The notes: generated by a model from the sequence alone, not told the origin. A stretch of DNA of 64,000 nt from Acidimicrobiia bacterium (GCA_038252255.1 JBBSAM010000002.1:87964-151963); one strand, 5' to 3'; counted from the stretch's first letter, positions 39,690 through 49,942 are shown. Translations and numbers: made by a program.

Positions 39690-40835
39690 ATGCGTGGTCA
39701 TCTGCGGAAACGCGGTCCTTCCTGGCAAGTGCTCGTCGACGCCGGACGTGATCCGATCACGGGGAAGCGGCGACAGGTCTCTCGCAACGTGCGTGGGACG
39801 AAGAAGCAGGCTGAGGAAGTTCTCGCTCGGATGCTGGTGGAGGCCGGTGCCGGCGCACACTCCGGGACTTCAAACGCGACGGTCTCCGGGCTGGTCGAGG
39901 CGTGGTTCGAGCTTGCGAGGCCTGACCTCTCTCCCTCGACGGTACAGACAACACGTTGGTTCATCGACCTTTACGTGCGTGACCGCATCGGCATCGTCCC
40001 GCTCCGGCGCCTTTCCGTCGCGAAGCTGGACCGCTACTACGCCGAGCTTCGCCAGGGTGGAGGCGCGAACGGCAAGGCTCTGTCGCCGCGCACGGTGAGG
40101 AGGGTCCACAACATCGTGAGGCGCGCGCTCGAGCAGGGGCTGCGATGGGGTTGGATCGGAACCAACCCCGCTGCGCACGCGTCTCCGCCGAAGCTGCAAC
40201 GGCGGGAGCCGACCCCGCCGACGCCGGCCGACGTGCAGCGGCTGCTCGATGCTGCGGAGGCCGACGATCCGGACTTCGCGATGTTCCTTCGGCTCGCGGC
40301 TGCAACCGGTGCGCGCCGCGGCGAGCTCTGCGGGTTGCGATGGGCGACTCTCGATCTCGACGGGGGAGCGGTGCTGATCGACCGGAGCGTCGTGCGCAGT
40401 GACGACGGGATCGTCGAGAAGGACACGAAGACGCATCAAGCGCGTCGCATCGCTCTCGACGGGTCAACAGTCACGATGCTTCGCCAACACCACGAGCGCG
40501 CCACCATGCGCGCTCGCGAGTGCGGCGTATCGCTCGCTGATGATGCGTACGTCTTTTCCTACGAACCGGGTGGCCGGAAGCCGTGGGCACCGTTGACGGT
40601 CTCGCAGCGGTTCGGCCGGTTGCGCGATCGATTGGATCTGCAGGGTGTACGTCTGCACGACCTTCGCCACTACGTCGCGACTCGACTGATCGCCGGGGGA
40701 GTGTCGATCCGAACCGTGTCCGGTCGACTCGGTCACGCCAGCGCCGCGACCACCCTCGGCGTCTACTCGCATTACGTTGACGCAACGGATCAGGATGCCG
40801 CTGACCTTCTGGGCGCCCTCCTCGATGGTTCGTAG
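39690..40835 (+). CDS. int: Tyrosine-type site-specific integrase
   Basis: 381 aa. N-terminus MRGHLRKRGPSWQVLVDAGRDPITGKRRQVSR. The catalytic region has ATGARRGEL, HDLRHYVATRL and LGHASAATTLGVYSH. Lies adjacent to the tRNA. Confidence 0.93.
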   Translation: MRGHLRKRGPSWQVLVDAGRDPITGKRRQVSRNVRGTKKQAEEVLARMLVEAGAGAHSGTSNATVSGLVEAWFELARPDLSPSTVQTTRWFIDLYVRDRIGIVPLRRLSVAKLDRYYAELRQGGGANGKALSPRTVRRVHNIVRRALEQGLRWGWIGTNPAAHASPPKLQRREPTPPTPADVQRLLDAAEADDPDFAMFLRLAAATGARRGELCGLRWATLDLDGGAVLIDRSVVRSDDGIVEKDTKTHQARRIALDGSTVTMLRQHHERATMRARECGVSLADDAYVFSYEPGGRKPWAPLTVSQRFGRLRDRLDLQGVRLHDLRHYVATRLIAGGVSIRTVSGRLGHASAATTLGVYSHYVDATDQDAADLLGALLDGS

Positions 40836-40895
40836 CGGCATCGGCTCTGGCCCGCCCGCAGGCAGGGTCGGAGGCCAAGCGTCCCTGGATCGCGT

Positions 40896-41108
40896 TTAGA
40901 GGGCGATGTCGCCGCCGCCGACGAGCAGAGTTCTCCCGGTCATGAACAGCGAGAGGTCACTCGCGCCGAGGACCACGACGCGTGCCACATCATCAGCCAC
41001 CCCGATCCGACCTAGCGGAAGCCGCTCGGCATAGCTGTCGAGGAGGTCGCCCGGGCCTGCCTTCCCGAACGCCTCTCGGCCTGCGGCGATACCAGGTGTG
41101 TCGATCAA
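40896..41108 (-). pseudogene. Truncated short-chain dehydrogenase/reductase (C-terminal about 70 aa only)
   Basis: Translation ...LGRIGVADDVARVVVLGASDLSLFMTGRTLLVGGGDIAL is the SDR C-terminus. The Rossmann N-terminal part is absent. Confidence 0.6.
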
Positions 41109-41229
41109 GGTTGGCGCTCATGTGCACTCTTCCTGGCCGAAGGGTGCCTCGCCGGGCTCCTGGGCCATTCGGCCTATCTCCACTTTCTCTACTTGTTCAG
41201 TCGAAATGCTTCATATAGTCTCTCCGGCC

Positions 41230-42312
41230 ATGAGAATCCGCCATGCGCTTCAGATCGTCGTTGTCCTGCTGACCGTCATCGTCGCCACCGCAGCCCTCGC
41301 CGGCTGCGGCAGCTCCGGGAGCTCGAACAGCTCGTCCGGCTTGACGGCTAGTACCAAGGCGTCAACGCAGCCGGTCACGATCCGGCTCGGCTACTTCCCG
41401 AACGTGACCCACGCGCCCGCGTTGGTCGGGATCGAGAGCGGGCTCTTCAAGAAGAACCTCGGCAGCAACGTGACCTTGGAGACCCAGTCGTTCAACGCGG
41501 GTCCCGATGCGATCACCGCCATCTTCTCCGGCGCGTTGGATGCGTCGTTCATCGGGCCCGGCCCGTCGATCAGCGGCTTTCAGAAGTCCGATGGCAATGC
41601 GCTTCGCATCGTCGCGGGCGCAGCGTCGGGCGGTGCGTCTCTGGTCGTGAAGAAGGACATCAACACGCCGTCCGACCTCAAAGGCAAGACCATCTCGACC
41701 CCGCAGCTCGGGAACACCCAAGATGTCGCGCTGCGCGCCTGGTTGAAGGAGAAGGGCCTCTCGGCGGATACGTCGGGCGGCGGCGAGGTGAACGTCCTCC
41801 CGCAAGAGAACGCGCAGACCTTGACGACGTTTGAGTCCGGCGACATCGATGGCGCCTGGGTCCCCGAGCCATGGGCGACGCGTCTGGTCCAGGAGGGTGG
41901 TGGCAAGGTCCTGGTGAACGAGGCCAGCCTTTGGCCGAAGGGCGAGTTCGTCACGACCAACCTGATCGTCGCGACCAGCTTCCTGAACGCGCACCCAGAC
42001 GTCGTCAAGCAGCTCATCGAAGGCGAGATCGCGTCGATCAACCTGATCAAGACCAAGCCGACGCAAGCTCAGAACATGACCGCCACCGCGATCGACAAGG
42101 CGACCGGCAAGCCGATCAAGACGGCGCTCGTCGCTGATTCGTTCAAGAACCTCACCTTCACCGTGAACCCGATTCCGCCTTCCCTGGTGAAAGATGCCAA
42201 GGATGCCGCCTCCCTCGGGCTGATCTCGTCTGCCGACGTGAAGGGGATCTACGACCTGAAGATCCTCAACAACGTTCTCAGGAGCGAAGGCCAAGCTCCG
42301 ATCAAGAGCTAG
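41230..42312 (+). CDS. ABC transporter substrate-binding lipoprotein (NitT/TauT: nitrate/sulfonate/taurine family)
   Basis: ATG at 41230. The signal peptide has a lipobox ALAGCGSSGS, followed by IRLGYFPNVTHAP, typical of SsuA/TauA-like SBPs. Confidence 0.82.
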   Translation: MRIRHALQIVVVLLTVIVATAALAGCGSSGSSNSSSGLTASTKASTQPVTIRLGYFPNVTHAPALVGIESGLFKKNLGSNVTLETQSFNAGPDAITAIFSGALDASFIGPGPSISGFQKSDGNALRIVAGAASGGASLVVKKDINTPSDLKGKTISTPQLGNTQDVALRAWLKEKGLSADTSGGGEVNVLPQENAQTLTTFESGDIDGAWVPEPWATRLVQEGGGKVLVNEASLWPKGEFVTTNLIVATSFLNAHPDVVKQLIEGEIASINLIKTKPTQAQNMTATAIDKATGKPIKTALVADSFKNLTFTVNPIPPSLVKDAKDAASLGLISSADVKGIYDLKILNNVLRSEGQAPIKS

Positions 42313-42357
42313 CCGACCGAACTGAACCGTCACGACGCTCAACGCGGGAGAGAACAC

Positions 42358-43158
42358 ATGACACAGACACAGGCGCTCGAAGCAGCGACCCAAGCACGCC
42401 AAGCGGCCGCCATCTCCCTCGTCAACGTCTCCAAAGTGTTCGGCAACACGGACGACGCGACCCACGCGCTGGACCGAATCTCACTCGACGTCGCCCCAGG
42501 GGAGTTCGTCTGCCTGATCGGCGCGTCGGGCTGTGGCAAGAGCACGCTGCTCAACCTGGTCGCGGGGCTCGACCAACCGACCTCCGGCGTGGTGACGGTT
42601 CGTGGCAAGCGAACCTCCATGATGTTCCAGGAGTCCGCTCTGTTTCCATGGCTGACGGTGCGGGACAACGTAGAGCTCGCCCTGCGGCTCGACAACCTCG
42701 GGCGGCCGGAACGCCGACAGCGCGTGCACGAACTGCTCGAGATGGTGCACCTCGAGGACTTCGGCGACAAGCGGCCGCACGAGCTCTCCGGCGGCATGCG
42801 CCAACGCACCGCGCTCGCCCGTGCCCTCGCGCAACAGGCCGACATCCTTCTCATGGACGAACCGTTCGGTGCTCTCGACGCGATGACCCGAGACCTGCTC
42901 CACGACGAGCTCGAAGCACTCTGGACGCGCACGCGCCTCAGCGTCTTGTTCGTGACGCACAACGTCCGCGAAGCGGTACGGCTGGGAGACCGAGTCGTGC
43001 TGCTCACGAGCCGGCCCGGCCGCGTCGCTGACCAGTACGTGGTCGACACCGCGCGACCGCGCCGCATCGACTCGAGCGACGTCGCGCGGCTTGCGGCTTC
43101 CATCACCGACCGTCTTCGCGAAGAGGTGCGCCGCCATGGCGACGACGCTCGAAGCTGA
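42358..43158 (+). CDS. ABC transporter ATP-binding protein (NitT/TauT family)
   Basis: Walker A GASGCGKST, signature LSGGMRQR, Walker B ILLMDEPFGALD. Confidence 0.9.
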   Translation: MTQTQALEAATQARQAAAISLVNVSKVFGNTDDATHALDRISLDVAPGEFVCLIGASGCGKSTLLNLVAGLDQPTSGVVTVRGKRTSMMFQESALFPWLTVRDNVELALRLDNLGRPERRQRVHELLEMVHLEDFGDKRPHELSGGMRQRTALARALAQQADILLMDEPFGALDAMTRDLLHDELEALWTRTRLSVLFVTHNVREAVRLGDRVVLLTSRPGRVADQYVVDTARPRRIDSSDVARLAASITDRLREEVRRHGDDARS

Positions 43159-43996
43159 CCTCGCCGGTCTCGACGCGCTCGAGATCGCAGTACCGCGCCG
43201 TCGCAGCCGCGCCGCCCGCATCTGGGCCGCGACCTGGCCCAAGATCGGCGCCGTCACACTCGCGCTGATGCTCTGGCAACTCCTGGTCTGGAGCAGTTGG
43301 AAGCCGGAGTACGTGCTGCCCGGCCCGGCGACCGTATTCAAAGCACTCTTCGACAACCTCGGTACCTACATCGCAGCTTCCGCCGTCACGCTGCAACGCG
43401 CCGCGATCGGCTTCACCGTCGCACTGATCGTCGGGACACTGATCGGCGCGCTCGTCGCGCGAAGCCGCATCCTGCGTTCCGCGGTCGGCTCGATGATCAC
43501 CGGCATCATGACGATGCCGTCGATCGCCTGGTTCCCCGCCGCGATCGTGCTCTTCGGTCTCAAGGAGAGCGCAATCCTGTTCGTCATCGTCCTCGGCGCC
43601 GCACCGTCGATTGCGAACGGCTTCATCGCCGGTGTCGACAACACGCCGCCAATCCTCATGCGTGCTGCACACATGCTCGGCGCCCGAGGTTGGAAATCGT
43701 TCCGCTACGTCGTCCTCCCCGCAGCTCTCCCCACCTACGTGTCCGGCCTCAAGCAGGGATGGGCGTTCGCCTGGCGGAGCCTTCTCGCCGGTGAGCTGCT
43801 CGTCCAGATCGCGGGCCAGGAGTCACTCGGACGATCCCTCGACAACTCCCGCCAGTTCGCCGACTACCCGGGGCTCTACGCGACCATGATCGTCATTCTC
43901 GCGATCGGCATCCTGGTCGACTCGCTCATCTTCGGCCAACTCGACCACCGGATTCGGAGGCGCTACGGCCTCGTCGACGCCGCGGCCAACGAATAG
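43136..43996 (+). CDS. ABC transporter permease (NitT/TauT family)
   Basis: The ATG at 43136 overlaps the ATPase gene. The product is multi-TM with an EAA-like loop (..AAHMLGARGWKSFRYVVLPAALP). Confidence 0.85.
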   Translation: MATTLEADLAGLDALEIAVPRRRSRAARIWAATWPKIGAVTLALMLWQLLVWSSWKPEYVLPGPATVFKALFDNLGTYIAASAVTLQRAAIGFTVALIVGTLIGALVARSRILRSAVGSMITGIMTMPSIAWFPAAIVLFGLKESAILFVIVLGAAPSIANGFIAGVDNTPPILMRAAHMLGARGWKSFRYVVLPAALPTYVSGLKQGWAFAWRSLLAGELLVQIAGQESLGRSLDNSRQFADYPGLYATMIVILAIGILVDSLIFGQLDHRIRRRYGLVDAAANE

Positions 43997-44306
43997 GCCG
44001 CTGGGCCCGACCCGATCGTTCGATCCCCGCGACCTCGACGCCTGCTGTCGCAATTGCGAACTCCTCGACCCCGCGCCGCACGAGCCACGCCTGCCCGCGA
44101 GCTGATCGAATCGATACCTGGCACGCTCGGAGCATCGGAGATCCGGAGGGTGGGGACTGGAGTGAACCGCGGGTTGGTGAGCGTTCGAGCCTTCAGACCA
44201 GTTCCGCGCATGTCCCCTCGCGCGGGTCCGCGGCGCGGCGCTGCGCCGTTCGCGCTGTCAATTGCATCTGGGCCCGCCACAGGCGTCCAGCCACGTTTGC
44301 TCTTGT

Positions 44307-47300
44307 TCATCCGAGGCCAACGCCGAGGTCGACTTCGGGTATGGGTTCGCGTGCTTGGGTTGTGAGCGCGCCGAGCTGTCGAGTGTCCATGTGCCAGAGG
44401 GTGGCTTCGTCGCCGGTCGGTTCGGGTCCGAGCGGACGGCGCGGGTCGGTGCTGTTGTGGTCGACGCGGTAGCGCTCGACGAACTCCGCGGCGCGCCGCC
44501 AGTCGGTGGGACGCGTCGGGTCGTCGGGCGGCGGGCCGAGTGCGCGGAGGTATGGCGGTGGCTCTGCGAGGTCGGCGTCGACGAGCTGGGCGATGCGGGC
44601 GTCGACGGTGACCTGGATGGCCGGGAGGCGTCGCAGGTCGTCGCGGTGCTCGGCAACATACGCCTGGTGTTCGTCGTGTCCGTCGCGGGCGCGTTCGAGC
44701 GCGTCGTCGAGGCTCTGGACGCTGAGGGTGTGAACATCGACCTGGTTGGTGAGCACGAGCCGGCGCGTCCGTCGATCGGCGCGGTGGCGCCATCCGTGCT
44801 TACTGAGGGCATCGAGCTCCCGCTGCGTGTGCGCGAGGCGATTGTTGGCCCGGCCGCGTTGGGTGGTGAGTGAATCGATCTCGTAGGACCGATCGCGCGG
44901 GCATCGGCCTGCGATCTCCCGGAGGCGGTCGCGTTCCTGCATGAGCGATCGGATCTCATGGTGGATCGCGTTGCGGTCGATGCCAGCGTCGACCGCGAGG
45001 TGCTGAGCGTGGCTGACCGTGAGCGCTTGAGTGAGCGCGTCGAGAGGTTCGGGCGGCACGGCTTCGGGGGTGTGGGCGTCGGGCCGGGGTTCGCGGCCGA
45101 CGAGGTAGATGCTGTTCTCCGTGCGACCACGTGAGAGCGCGACGTAGCCGGCTTCTTGGTAGAGCAGATCGGAGCCAAGCACGAACGCGCGCTCTGCGGT
45201 CTGGCCTTGGGCCTTGTGAATCGTGGTCGCGTAAGCGTGGAGGACGTGGCCCGCGTCGAGGTACCGGTCGGGCAGCGTGACCGCGGCCCCGGTGTCGGTG
45301 CGGACGGTCATCGCCCGGTCGTCGGGGTCGACACTGGTGATGAGAGCGCAGGTGCCGTTGCGGACCTTGAGTCGCCGGTCGTTGCGAAGGGTCATGATCC
45401 GATCGCCGGATTGATAAGGGCGGTGCTCGACGGTGAGGGTCGGGCCGGTCAGCCTTCCTGCGGCTTGGAGGTGGGATCGGGCGCGGGCGTTGAGGTCATC
45501 GACGTCGGACCACCGGGTGGCGAGCATGAGCACCTGCTCGCCGGCGAGGGTGGCGGCCCACCAGTCCGCGCTCATCGCGTCGCGCGCGCCGGGCGCGGTC
45601 TCGTGGGTGTGGATACGGCCGTGGGCGTCGTAGGCGGTGACGGCATCGTCGACGTTGCCATCTCGCAGTTGTGCGAGTGCGTGACGTTCCCATGCTTCGT
45701 GTTGACGTCGGTTCTGGGTGAGACGAATCGGTGGGATGCGTCGGCCGAGGCCGCGGAGGAGCCCGCCAGCGTCGATCTCGGGGAGCTGGCGGGGATCGCC
45801 GACGAGAACGACCTTCGTGTGTGCAGCCGCGGCGTGGTCGAGGAGCCGAGCGAGCTGTCGGGTGCCGGCCATGCCTGCTTCGTCGACAACGAGGACCGTG
45901 CCCGCTCGGAGTCCTCCATGTTCGGGATGGTCGAGGTCACTGAGAAGGCCGGCGATGGTGTGGCTGGGGATGCCCGCGGTTGCCTCGAGCTCGGCGGCGG
46001 CGCGCGCCGCCAGCGCCGTGCCGACCACGAGGTGCCCGGAGCGTTGCCAGGCGTCGCGCGCCGCGTCGAGGCTGAAGGTCTTGCCGGTCCCCGCCGCGGC
46101 GATCACCACGTCCACCGCGCGTCCTGATGTGGTGAGCGCGACGACCATCTCGACTTGCTCCCCCGAGAGACTGGGTCGGGCGGCCAGCGCGGCAAGCACG
46201 CAGTCCTCGTCCGCGACACCCAGGACCTCGTCCGTGCGGGCGACGGAGCGGCGCACCAGGCGGGCTTCGAGCGCGAGCAGCTCGTCGGTCGAGAACCGCT
46301 GCCCGGTCGAGGGCGTGTCGATCGGCCGTCCCGTAGCGCGCCGCCGCATTGTTCCAACGGGGCCGTGGTCTGCTGGCGCGAGGGGCACGACATGCGGATC
46401 GGCGAGGACCTGATCGGCGAGCGTCTCGACCAAGCTGACGTCGGCGCCTTCGGGGAGTTGGTCGCACCAGGCTCGCAACACGGCGCGCCGATCGAACGTG
46501 CTGGCCTGGCGGGTCAGCCCGTCGGGCCCGAGCAGCCAGCTCCTGATCTTGTCGACCCGTTCGGCGGTCAGCGCGGTGGGACAGGCCTGTCCCAGCACGC
46601 GCTCGAGCTGGTCAGGTTCCCATCCGAGCTCGGCGGCTTGTTCGGTCCACCGGGTGTGGAGCCGGGACGGTTCGACGTCGTAGTTCTTGGCCTGGCGGGT
46701 ATCGAGCACCGCGTACTGCGCAGCGCGAGCCGAGCTGACACCCCGGGCAGCCATCTCGGCCTCGATCTCGCGCCGTCGGGTCGAGAAACGCTCCAGCACC
46801 GTGGCAGGGATCCCTTCGACGTCGGCGATCCCGTTGACAACCGGACCCCACGCAACGCCGAGCCGGGCGGTGAGCTCGGCTCGAAGCTGTGCCTCGTAGA
46901 GGTACCCGGCGGTCTTCGCGTGGAGGTAGAGGTGCCGGGCGTCGAGCGCGCCCCAGAGACCATCCGCGCTACGCGTCGTGTTCGCAACGAGGACGTGGGT
47001 GTGCAGGTGGGGGTCACCGGCCCGGCTCGTGCGGTGTCGGAACCCGGCCGCGACGAACCCGTCACCGCGCAGCGCCACGATCCCGTTCGTGCCCCGCCGC
47101 GACCAACACGCCTCGCCTTCCAGGTACCCGAGTGCGGTCCTGACGCTCGCGTCGTGCGCAGCTCGTACCTCTCTGCTGGTCTCCCATTCACTGAGCCCCC
47201 AGAGCACCGACACCGATTTCGGTGCGCAGAACGTGAGGTCGAAGCCCGGTACGCGGCGATGCCGGGAGCGCGCGAGCGGCTCGCCGGTGGACGGGTCGTG

Positions 47301-47486
47301 GCCCGCGAGGATCTCGCGCAATGTCTCCGCGCCGACCTGACCTTCGAGACCGAGCTCGGTGCCCATCGTCCCCAACCATCGGCCCGGCGCTTCGCCGCGC
47401 CCGACGTAGTAGTCCTCGATACCGGCGGCAACGGTTTCGAGGTAGTAGCCCTCCTGCCCGTAGCCGAGCTTCCCGATGCTCAGCAC
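44307..47486 (-). CDS. MobF/TrwC-family conjugative relaxase fused to a RecD-like helicase
   Basis: 1059 aa, GTG start. The N-terminus is MLSIGKLGYGQEGYYLETVA...YYVGRGEAPGRWLG. It carries the histidine triad GDPHLHTHVLVAN and a P-loop AAGTGKT followed by helicase motifs. Confidence 0.9.
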   Translation of the reverse strand: MLSIGKLGYGQEGYYLETVAAGIEDYYVGRGEAPGRWLGTMGTELGLEGQVGAETLREILAGHDPSTGEPLARSRHRRVPGFDLTFCAPKSVSVLWGLSEWETSREVRAAHDASVRTALGYLEGEACWSRRGTNGIVALRGDGFVAAGFRHRTSRAGDPHLHTHVLVANTTRSADGLWGALDARHLYLHAKTAGYLYEAQLRAELTARLGVAWGPVVNGIADVEGIPATVLERFSTRRREIEAEMAARGVSSARAAQYAVLDTRQAKNYDVEPSRLHTRWTEQAAELGWEPDQLERVLGQACPTALTAERVDKIRSWLLGPDGLTRQASTFDRRAVLRAWCDQLPEGADVSLVETLADQVLADPHVVPLAPADHGPVGTMRRRATGRPIDTPSTGQRFSTDELLALEARLVRRSVARTDEVLGVADEDCVLAALAARPSLSGEQVEMVVALTTSGRAVDVVIAAAGTGKTFSLDAARDAWQRSGHLVVGTALAARAAAELEATAGIPSHTIAGLLSDLDHPEHGGLRAGTVLVVDEAGMAGTRQLARLLDHAAAAHTKVVLVGDPRQLPEIDAGGLLRGLGRRIPPIRLTQNRRQHEAWERHALAQLRDGNVDDAVTAYDAHGRIHTHETAPGARDAMSADWWAATLAGEQVLMLATRWSDVDDLNARARSHLQAAGRLTGPTLTVEHRPYQSGDRIMTLRNDRRLKVRNGTCALITSVDPDDRAMTVRTDTGAAVTLPDRYLDAGHVLHAYATTIHKAQGQTAERAFVLGSDLLYQEAGYVALSRGRTENSIYLVGREPRPDAHTPEAVPPEPLDALTQALTVSHAQHLAVDAGIDRNAIHHEIRSLMQERDRLREIAGRCPRDRSYEIDSLTTQRGRANNRLAHTQRELDALSKHGWRHRADRRTRRLVLTNQVDVHTLSVQSLDDALERARDGHDEHQAYVAEHRDDLRRLPAIQVTVDARIAQLVDADLAEPPPYLRALGPPPDDPTRPTDWRRAAEFVERYRVDHNSTDPRRPLGPEPTGDEATLWHMDTRQLGALTTQAREPIPEVDLGVGLG

Positions 47487-47635
47487 CGCATCTCGCTCGC
47501 ATCGACCGCGCCGCGCATTTTGAATGCAAGTGCGTGCGGGTATTCGTGGAGGTTGGGAAGGGCGAACGTGAGGGCGTCGTCGAAGCGACGCGCGAGGCGA
47601 TCGCGGACGCGGGGCGGGGGGTAGTGGTGAGTCAT
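47480..47635 (-). CDS. Small ORF (51 aa) wedged between xis and the relaxase gene (tentative)
   Basis: Its ATG overlaps the xis stop (ATGA). Its stop overlaps the first codons of the relaxase gene. There is no recognisable motif, and support comes only from the coupled arrangement. Confidence 0.35.
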   Translation of the reverse strand: MTHHYPPPRVRDRLARRFDDALTFALPNLHEYPHALAFKMRGAVDASEMRC

Positions 47636-47844
47636 GAGGTGGCGCGCGCGAGGAGTGCTTCGATCGCGTGCTTCGGGATCACGACTCGACGGCCGAGCCG
47701 CAAGTGCGGGAGCTCGCCGCGCGCCACGAGCTCGTAGGCGTGTGCACGCGAGATCCCCAAGAGCCTTCCGGCCTCCTCGACCGTCCACACGAGCCGCTCC
47801 TCGTCGGGCCTTCTGGCTTCTGCTTCGTTCATCTCGACCTCCAT
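47632..47844 (-). CDS. xis: Excisionase-type (MerR-like HTH_17) DNA-binding protein
   Basis: 70 aa with LVWTVEEAGRLLGISRAHAYELVARGELPHLRLGRRVVIPKHAIEALL, the classic excisionase-family HTH. Confidence 0.8.
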   Translation of the reverse strand: MEVEMNEAEARRPDEERLVWTVEEAGRLLGISRAHAYELVARGELPHLRLGRRVVIPKHAIEALLARATS

Positions 47845-48163
47845 TGGGCTGCTACCGCTCCTATGCGCGTTCGCCGGTGCGTGACGCGACTCACCGATCC
47901 AGAGAATCTGCGGATTCAGCGTCGAGTCCGTAGGCTCCGCGGAGTCCGGCGCTCACCCCGAATAAGCGGTCGCAGCTCCCGAAACGCGACATCCAACGCG
48001 GTGCCTTGTGAAGGGGTACAGACAGGTGGTGCAGCCCCGACGTGCAGAGGGGCAGTGGCGCGTGCAGTGAGGCGTGTAGACCTGTACCGAATCGCGAAGA
48101 TGCAGGTACTGGCGTCAGACGAGTAGGAATGCCTTTACATCAGTCAGCGACGCGGCAGGAGAC

Positions 48164-49942
48164 TTGATGGACGCCAGGAATCGCACGCTCCCTGATTGGT
48201 TCGATCGCGTCAGGACCGGTCAGGTTCTCCTTCCTCGCTTCCAGAGGCACGAAGCCTGGAGCCACAACGAGATCGCCAGCCTGCTCAATGCTGTTTTGCG
48301 TGGGCTGCCAGCCGGGGCGACGCTGGTACTAGAGGTTGGTGACAGAGAGCCCTTCAAGAGTCGGCCCGTCGCTGGCGCACCGACACCAACCGAGCGCGCG
48401 TCCGAACACCTCTTGGATGGTCAGCAGCGCATCACTGCACTCTGGCGCGCGTTGCGAGACAACTACGACGACAGGACTTACTTCGTCGGACTCGATGACG
48501 ACGAGAGCCATGAAGGCGAGAGAGTCTGGACTGTTCGTGGCGTGGCACGGTGGTACCGCACGGACGCCAACCGGCAACGACGCCGGTACCCCGCCTGGGC
48601 AGACGACGCCAAAGGCGTTCACGCGCGCGACCTGCTGCCGATGAAGCTTCTACGCCCGGGAGACATCAGCCAAGAGATACGCGAGTGGGCGGACGCTGCG
48701 ACCGGTGATCTTGCCGCGAGCCGTGATCTTGAATCGCAGCTTCACGAACTCCGCACCCGTGTAGCGACGTACAACATCCCCTACCTCTCCCTCCCGGTGA
48801 CTACACCCAAAGATGTCGCGCTCGACGTGTTCATCAAGATGAACACCAGCTCGGTACGGCTCAGCGCTTTCGACATCGTGGTCGCCCAGCTCGAGGAGGC
48901 AACCGGCGAATCCCTTCACGACCTCGTCGATGGCCTCGGCAATAGGGTTCCGAATGCCCACGCCTACCGTGACCCTGGTGTGTGGGTGCTCGACGTTGCA
49001 GCGCTGCGGGAGGACCGAACCCCAACCCAGGCCAGTTACCAGCGTCTCGATCTGGAAAGGCTCAGCACCGATTGGGACGAAGTCGTCGACGGAATCGCCT
49101 GGGCGGTGCAAGTGCTCGAAGACGAGAATGTGTTCGACGCAGACCGACTTCCCACCGTCGCGGTCTTGCCGATCCTGGCCGCTCTCCACCAATACATCCC
49201 GACCGACCCCGACCAACTCGGCAACGCTCGAACGCTCGTCCGCAAGTTCGTCTGGCGTGCATTTCTCACCAGTCGCTATGAAACGACGGCGGGCACACGC
49301 TCGCTACAGGACTTCCGCGGGCTGCGAGCGATTCTCGCAGGCGAGCGAGGCGATCCTTCGCCTCCAATATTTGACGACAAACAGTTTCCGCTGCCTGGCG
49401 TCGATCAGCTTCTCTCAGCGGGATGGTCGAAGAACAAGGAGATTCTCGCTCGAGGCGTTCTCGCGCTGTCCCTTCGGGCAGGAGCACGAGACCTTGCTGA
49501 TGATGCCCGCGCCGCCCGAGGAAACATCTCGAAACGCGAATACCACCACCTGTTCCCGGACTCCATTCTCACCGGGCGTGACGGTGGTCAGCTCCTGCCG
49601 GTGGAGAGTTACCGCGCACTGAACTGTGCGCTCATCACCTGGCGCACCAACCGAAAGATCAGCGCCAAGCAACCGTTGAAGTACCTCCGTGAGCGAGTTG
49701 ACGGAAGCACGCTCGGAGAACAGGTCGTCCGCGAACGCCTGCGCTCACACCTCGTTCCGTACGACGAACTGTCAGCGGCCGGATGGGATGGGATTCACGA
49801 TCCGACGATCCTCACCCAGACGATCCAAGCGGACTACGACCGTTTCCTTAGGGCTCGGGCCGAGGTCCTCCTACAGCCCATCGCGGACCTCGCCGCAGGC
49901 CGCGCCCCAGTCGAAGAATGGCTGGTTGCTGCGACTCGGTGA
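48164..49942 (+). CDS. DUF262 (ParB-like NTPase) plus C-terminal His-Me/HNH-like (DUF1524-like) nuclease; GmrSD-family type IV restriction-like protein
   Basis: 592 aa. The N-terminus has LPRFQRHEAWSHNEI and the DGQQRITALWRAL motif of DUF262. The C-terminus has KREYHHLFPDS...ALNCALITWRTNRKISAKQP. The TTG at 48164 or ATG at 48167 follows ggcaggag. Confidence 0.82.
   Translation: MMDARNRTLPDWFDRVRTGQVLLPRFQRHEAWSHNEIASLLNAVLRGLPAGATLVLEVGDREPFKSRPVAGAPTPTERASEHLLDGQQRITALWRALRDNYDDRTYFVGLDDDESHEGERVWTVRGVARWYRTDANRQRRRYPAWADDAKGVHARDLLPMKLLRPGDISQEIREWADAATGDLAASRDLESQLHELRTRVATYNIPYLSLPVTTPKDVALDVFIKMNTSSVRLSAFDIVVAQLEEATGESLHDLVDGLGNRVPNAHAYRDPGVWVLDVAALREDRTPTQASYQRLDLERLSTDWDEVVDGIAWAVQVLEDENVFDADRLPTVAVLPILAALHQYIPTDPDQLGNARTLVRKFVWRAFLTSRYETTAGTRSLQDFRGLRAILAGERGDPSPPIFDDKQFPLPGVDQLLSAGWSKNKEILARGVLALSLRAGARDLADDARAARGNISKREYHHLFPDSILTGRDGGQLLPVESYRALNCALITWRTNRKISAKQPLKYLRERVDGSTLGEQVVRERLRSHLVPYDELSAAGWDGIHDPTILTQTIQADYDRFLRARAEVLLQPIADLAAGRAPVEEWLVAATR

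Noticed and set aside
44045-44056. Perfect 12-bp palindrome tcgcaattgcga, and a second caattgc about 210 bp downstream, between the ABC permease and the relaxase 3' end.
   Set aside because: An isolated short palindrome in a convergent intergenic region. No repeated context or associated gene suggests a function.
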